Below are positions 60,394 through 64,000 of a DNA stretch of 64,000 nucleotides, in pieces. Source of the DNA: an uncultured Gaiellaceae bacterium (GTDB lineage: Bacteria > Actinomycetota > Thermoleophilia > Gaiellales > Gaiellaceae); contig CAWJYD010000006.1 in assembly GCA_963846995.1 (NCBI GenBank), positions 6,389 to 70,388 on the forward strand. The letters are read 5' to 3'. The notes under the pieces are model-generated. The model made no database searches. It was not told the origin of the DNA and saw only the letters and a list, made by a program, of their open reading frames with translations. Within the stretch, counting starts at the first letter, position 1. The number at the start of each line of letters is the position of its first letter. The translations under genes were made by a program, and so were the position numbers.

Positions 60394-61437
60394 TCACTTG
60401 TGATGCGGGGTGTCGAGGTCCTCGACCGAGGCGAACACGTCGCGCTCGAGCGAGCCGGGCTCCGGGAGCGGCGACTCGTCCGCGCGGTCGAGCGCGTCGT
60501 TCAGCAGCCGCTTGACGACGGACGTGATGCCGCTCTCGTCCTCGTCCGTCATGCCCGCGTTCTCGTGCAACCACGTGCGGTAGCGCTCGATCGGGTCGTG
60601 CGCGGCCCACTGCTCGAACATCTCCTTGGGGACGTAGAACGCGTCGTCGTGCACGGCGTGCCCCTCCATGCGGAGGGTGAGGCACTCGACGAGCGTCGGG
60701 CCGCCGCCCTCGCGCGCCTTCTCGATCGCACGGCGCGTCTCGCGGTAGACCGCGAGGACGTCGGTGCCGTCGACGACGACGCCTTCGAAGCCGTAGGCCG
60801 CTGCCCGGTCGGCGATGTGCTCGACGGGATAGGACAGGTACGTCGGCGTCGAGTATGCCCACTGGTTGTTGTCGCAGATGAACACGATCGGAAGCTGACG
60901 TACGCCGGCGAAGTTCATCGCCTCGTGCGCGTCGCCGCGCGCGGCGGCGCCTTCGCCGAACCAGCCGACGGCGACACGGCGGTCGCCCCGGATCTTGAAG
61001 GCGAGCGCCATGCCCGTTGCGACCGGGAGCATCGCGGGGAGGTGGGAGACCATCGTGTGCAGCCCGAGCTCGGCGACCGCCATGTGGACGTTGCCGTCGC
61101 GGCCGCGCGTCGGGCCACCCTCGCGCCCCATGTACTGGGCGAAGACGCGCCAGGGCTCGACACCGCGCGTGACGTGGACTCCCATGTCGCGATGGAGCGG
61201 CGTGCCGACGTCGTTCGGGCCCATCGCGGTCCCCACTCCGACCGCGGCGCCTTCGTTGCCCCGCCCCGTATAGAAGGAGCCGGGAATCTTGCCCTGCTTG
61301 TAGAGGATGTGACCGCGCTCCTCGATCCCGCGCGTGATCAGCATGTTGCGGTAGATGCCGAGGAGGTCCTCCCGGTCGAGGCCTGCCTCCTTCACCTCGT
61401 CGAGCGAGCCTACGGGCTCGGCTTCGCGTACGGCCAT
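60394..61437 (-). CDS. 2-oxoacid dehydrogenase E1 component, alpha subunit (TPP-dependent)
   Basis: Intact 347-aa ORF containing ..YRNMLITRGIEER.., ..GFYTGRGNEG-like.. and ..FGEGAAARGD..NFA... It is the first gene of the E1alpha-E1beta-E2 operon. Confidence 0.9.
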   Translation of the reverse strand: MAVREAEPVGSLDEVKEAGLDREDLLGIYRNMLITRGIEERGHILYKQGKIPGSFYTGRGNEGAAVGVGTAMGPNDVGTPLHRDMGVHVTRGVEPWRVFAQYMGREGGPTRGRDGNVHMAVAELGLHTMVSHLPAMLPVATGMALAFKIRGDRRVAVGWFGEGAAARGDAHEAMNFAGVRQLPIVFICDNNQWAYSTPTYLSYPVEHIADRAAAYGFEGVVVDGTDVLAVYRETRRAIEKAREGGGPTLVECLTLRMEGHAVHDDAFYVPKEMFEQWAAHDPIERYRTWLHENAGMTDEDESGITSVVKRLLNDALDRADESPLPEPGSLERDVFASVEDLDTPHHK

Positions 61438-61508
61438 GCAGTCGTCTCCCGTCGTCCGCTGGGTCGCTTCACTCTAACGACAGCACCTGTCGCTCTCGGG
61501 CGTGCACC

Positions 61509-61805
61509 ATGCCGTTCGTGGGCGAGACGCGACCGCGGAGGAACTGGATCCAGGAGGAGCGGCGAAAGACGCTCGGCGACTGGGTGGCCTTCTGCCTCGG
61601 GTGCGGGCACACGATCCGCTACTTCCTCGAGGACGATGACCGACTCCCGCCCGTCTGTCCCCAGTGCGCAGGTGAGCTGAGGCATCGGTGCCCGGCGTGC
61701 TCCGCGCCGATCGCGTCGGCTTTCGCGGTCGAGTGCGAGGAGTGCGGCGCGCCTGTTCGCGATCGAGAGCTCTTCGGCACGACGATCCGCAAGCCGGGAC
61801 GCTAG
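61509..61805 (+). CDS. Zinc-ribbon-like small protein, hypothetical
   Basis: 98-aa ORF with four CxxC pairs: CLGCG, CPQCAG, CPAC and CEECG. I do not recognise the family. Confidence 0.55.
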   Translation: MPFVGETRPRRNWIQEERRKTLGDWVAFCLGCGHTIRYFLEDDDRLPPVCPQCAGELRHRCPACSAPIASAFAVECEECGAPVRDRELFGTTIRKPGR

Positions 61806-61810
61806 CTCGT

Positions 61811-62395
61811 ATGAGCGAGGATCACGTCTGGGATCCAGATTCGTACATGGACGTCGTCGCGGCCGAGATCCCCGGCTACGGGGAACTCCAGGATCGCACC
61901 GCGGAGGCATGCGCCGGACTCGATGCCCGGACGCTGCTCGAGCTCGGCGTCGGCACGGCGGAGACGGCCCGGCGCGTGCGTCTCCTCTACCCGAACGCCC
62001 GCCTGACCGCGGTCGACTCGAGCGCGGAGATGCTCGAGGCCGCGCGTGGCGCGATCCCCGCCGCCGAGCTCCACCTCGCTCGGCTCGAGGATCCCCTGCC
62101 GGAGGGCCCGTTCGATCTCGTCTACTCGGCGCTCGCCGTCCACCACCTCGACGCGGCGGCCAAGCGCGACCTCTTCCGCCGCGTTTTCGACGTGCTCAGG
62201 CCCGGTGGCGCGTTCGTCCTCGCCGATCTCGTCGTTGCCGCGGACCCCGCAGATCAGCGGATCGCCGTCGACTGGGAGATGGACGTGCCCGATCTCCTGG
62301 CCGACCAGCTCGAGTGGCTCGGCGAGGCGGGCTTCGACGCGGCCGTCTTCTGGGAGGATCGCGATCTCGCGATCGTGCGCGCGTTTCGCCGCTAG
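61811..62395 (+). CDS. Class-I SAM-dependent methyltransferase
   Basis: It has motif I (..LLELGVGTAETA..) and then ..DLVYSALAVHHL.. and ..LRPGGAFVLAD... Intact at 194 aa. Confidence 0.8.
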   Translation: MSEDHVWDPDSYMDVVAAEIPGYGELQDRTAEACAGLDARTLLELGVGTAETARRVRLLYPNARLTAVDSSAEMLEAARGAIPAAELHLARLEDPLPEGPFDLVYSALAVHHLDAAAKRDLFRRVFDVLRPGGAFVLADLVVAADPADQRIAVDWEMDVPDLLADQLEWLGEAGFDAAVFWEDRDLAIVRAFRR

Positions 62396-62742
62396 GTGAT
62401 CTGGCTGAACCTGATCATCGTGACGATGTCGTCCTCGGCAACCTCGCGGTTGTAGAGCTGGCTGAGGAACCAGACGAGCTCGTCGACGCGTCTGATCTGT
62501 GGGTTGTCGTGCTCGATCTCGCGCGGCGAGAGCTCCTTCAGCGCCTTCACCTCGACCTTGTCGACGACCGCGTCGAAGATTCGCTCGCGCTGGCCGTAGC
62601 GGGCGCCGCAGAGCACCGTCACGATCATGCCCTTCCTGTACTTCGCGGACTTGTCCCCGAGCCGGATCGTCGCCGTCTTCCTGCCGGTGCGCAGCTGCTC
62701 GGCAACCGCGGGGTTGTAGAAGTTCAGGGCGAATGTGGGCAT
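62392..62742 (-). CDS. ASCH-domain protein
   Basis: 116 aa from the ATG at 62742. The sequence ..QLRTGRKTATIRLGDKSAKYRKGMIVTV.. is recognised by eye as the ASCH/PUA-like pattern. It starts 14 nt downstream of the NUDIX gene's stop. Confidence 0.7.
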   Translation of the reverse strand: MPTFALNFYNPAVAEQLRTGRKTATIRLGDKSAKYRKGMIVTVLCGARYGQRERIFDAVVDKVEVKALKELSPREIEHDNPQIRRVDELVWFLSQLYNREVAEDDIVTMIRFSQIT

Positions 62743-62756
62743 CGGCGGCCGGGCAA

Positions 62757-63212
62757 CTATAGAGGGTCGTCCCCGAGCCTCTCGACGGCCCTCGAGGCCA
62801 TGTCGCGCTCGCCGCGATAGGCGAGAAGACGCGGCGCATCGGCGAGCGGGAGCCACGCGGCTTCGGCCACCTCGACCTCCATCCCGGGTGGCAGCTCTCC
62901 GATCCGTCCCCGCCCGGCGTACGCGAGGAAGAAGCTCACGATCTTGAAGACGCGCTCGCCTGACCCGCCTTTCCAGGACTCGGTGTAGACGTAGCGCACG
63001 TCGCCGAGCTTCGTGTCGAGGCGCCCGTGCACGCCCGTCTCTTCGTATCCCTCGCGCAGTGCGGTCTCCGAGGGCTTCTCACCCTCGTCGACGAGCCCCT
63101 TCGGGAGTACCCAGACGCCCTCGCGCTTCCCCTGTGGCCGCACCGCCGCGACCCACCAGCGCCCGCGCATCCGGCGCAGGAGCACAACGCCTGCGGAGAA
63201 CTCACGTCGCAC
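62757..63212 (-). CDS. NUDIX hydrolase
   Basis: It has a Nudix box: ..[26 protein letters not shown]... The start is taken as the GTG at 63212. The longer ORF reaching 63323 would run into the groES CIRCE operator. Confidence 0.8.
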   Translation of the reverse strand: MRREFSAGVVLLRRMRGRWWVAAVRPQGKREGVWVLPKGLVDEGEKPSETALREGYEETGVHGRLDTKLGDVRYVYTESWKGGSGERVFKIVSFFLAYAGRGRIGELPPGMEVEVAEAAWLPLADAPRLLAYRGERDMASRAVERLGDDPL

Positions 63213-63310
63213 CCCGACTTTGTAACACCCGAGTGCAGCGAAGTCACGAAAACGGCGCAGTGTGGACGTGTTTCGGCTTGGCGCAACGCCCCGAGCGTGG
63301 TAGTCTCCAT

Positions 63311-63337
63311 CTGGCACTCTCACCGTGTGAGTGCCAG
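63311..63337 (+). promoter_or_regulatory. CIRCE inverted repeat (HrcA operator) upstream of groES
   Basis: CTGGCACTC-N9-GAGTGCCAG is a perfect 9-bp inverted repeat with a 9-nt spacer. It compares with the consensus TTAGCACTC-N9-GAGTGCTAA and sits 38 nt upstream of the groES ATG. Confidence 0.85.
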
Positions 63338-63374
63338 AGTTGTCACAAACTCGGTATCAAGGAGGAACTGTCGT

Positions 63375-63713
63375 ATGGATCTGCAGCCTCTGGGCGACCG
63401 CATCATCGTCGAGGTCCTCGATGAGGAGGAGACGACGGTGAGCGGCATCGTGCTGCCCGACACGGCCAAGGAGAAGCCGCAGCGGGGCAACGTCCTCGCG
63501 GTCGGCCCCGGCAACCGTGACGAGGACGGCAAGTACATCGAGATGGACGTCGAGGTAGGCGACGAGGTGATCTTTTCCAAGTACGGCGGGACGGAGATCA
63601 AGGTCGGCTCGGACGACGTCCTCATCCTCCGCGAGTCGGACGTTCTCGCGAAGGTTCTCTCCACCGGCAGCAAGGGCAAGAGCAAGAAGAAGCTTGCCGG
63701 CGCAGCCGCCTAG
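63375..63713 (+). CDS. groES: Co-chaperonin GroES (with a Lys-rich C-terminal tail)
   Basis: It starts [60 protein letters not shown]. It carries 17 extra residues, [18 protein letters not shown]. An AAGGAGG ribosome-binding site lies upstream. Confidence 0.95.
   Translation: MDLQPLGDRIIVEVLDEEETTVSGIVLPDTAKEKPQRGNVLAVGPGNRDEDGKYIEMDVEVGDEVIFSKYGGTEIKVGSDDVLILRESDVLAKVLSTGSKGKSKKKLAGAAA

Positions 63714-64000
<287 letters not shown>

Noticed and set aside
63213-63323. The longer NUDIX ORF start at 63323 (188 aa).
   Set aside because: The extra 37 codons overlap the groES CIRCE operator and promoter region, and they have no Nudix-family resemblance. The GTG at 63212 gives a normal-length protein.

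Overview
This is a very high-G+C, gene-dense bacterial chromosomal segment, with third codon positions almost all G/C. The gene content and the Actinobacteria-type CIRCE upstream of groES-groEL suggest an actinobacterium, possibly a deep-branching lineage, but the taxon is only an inference.

The content is mostly housekeeping:
- a complete 14-gene NADH:quinone oxidoreductase operon, nuoA-N, on the minus strand (31.8-45.7 kb);
- a lipoylation plus 2-oxoacid dehydrogenase cluster (lipA, lipB, E1alpha, E1beta, E2);
- groES-groEL with a CIRCE operator;
- zwf, rpe, pabB/pabC-like genes, ftsH, ychF, rarA, kynA, fumC, an FprA-type reductase, an Mrp/ApbC Fe-S carrier and an IscA-type protein;
- two large LuxR/LAL-type regulators, plus several secreted proteins.

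I saw no rRNA, tRNA, CRISPR array, transposase, integrase or phage gene.

The strongest signal not explained by ordinary annotation is technical or evolutionary. Two blocks (about 5.77-22.75 kb and about 29.99-35.49 kb) carry dozens of reading-frame changes that break nearly every gene, including essential ones. The flanking about 34 kb has essentially none. Many of the breaks I could resolve sit in short G or C runs, which points to assembly indel error rather than real gene decay. I mark those genes as pseudogenes 'as assembled'.

The most system-like observation is a three-gene module present twice: LAL regulator, then a roughly 98-aa DUF4242-like protein, then a signal-peptide protein. Other smaller oddities are listed in the findings. 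I found no convincing defence, mobile or biosynthetic system.
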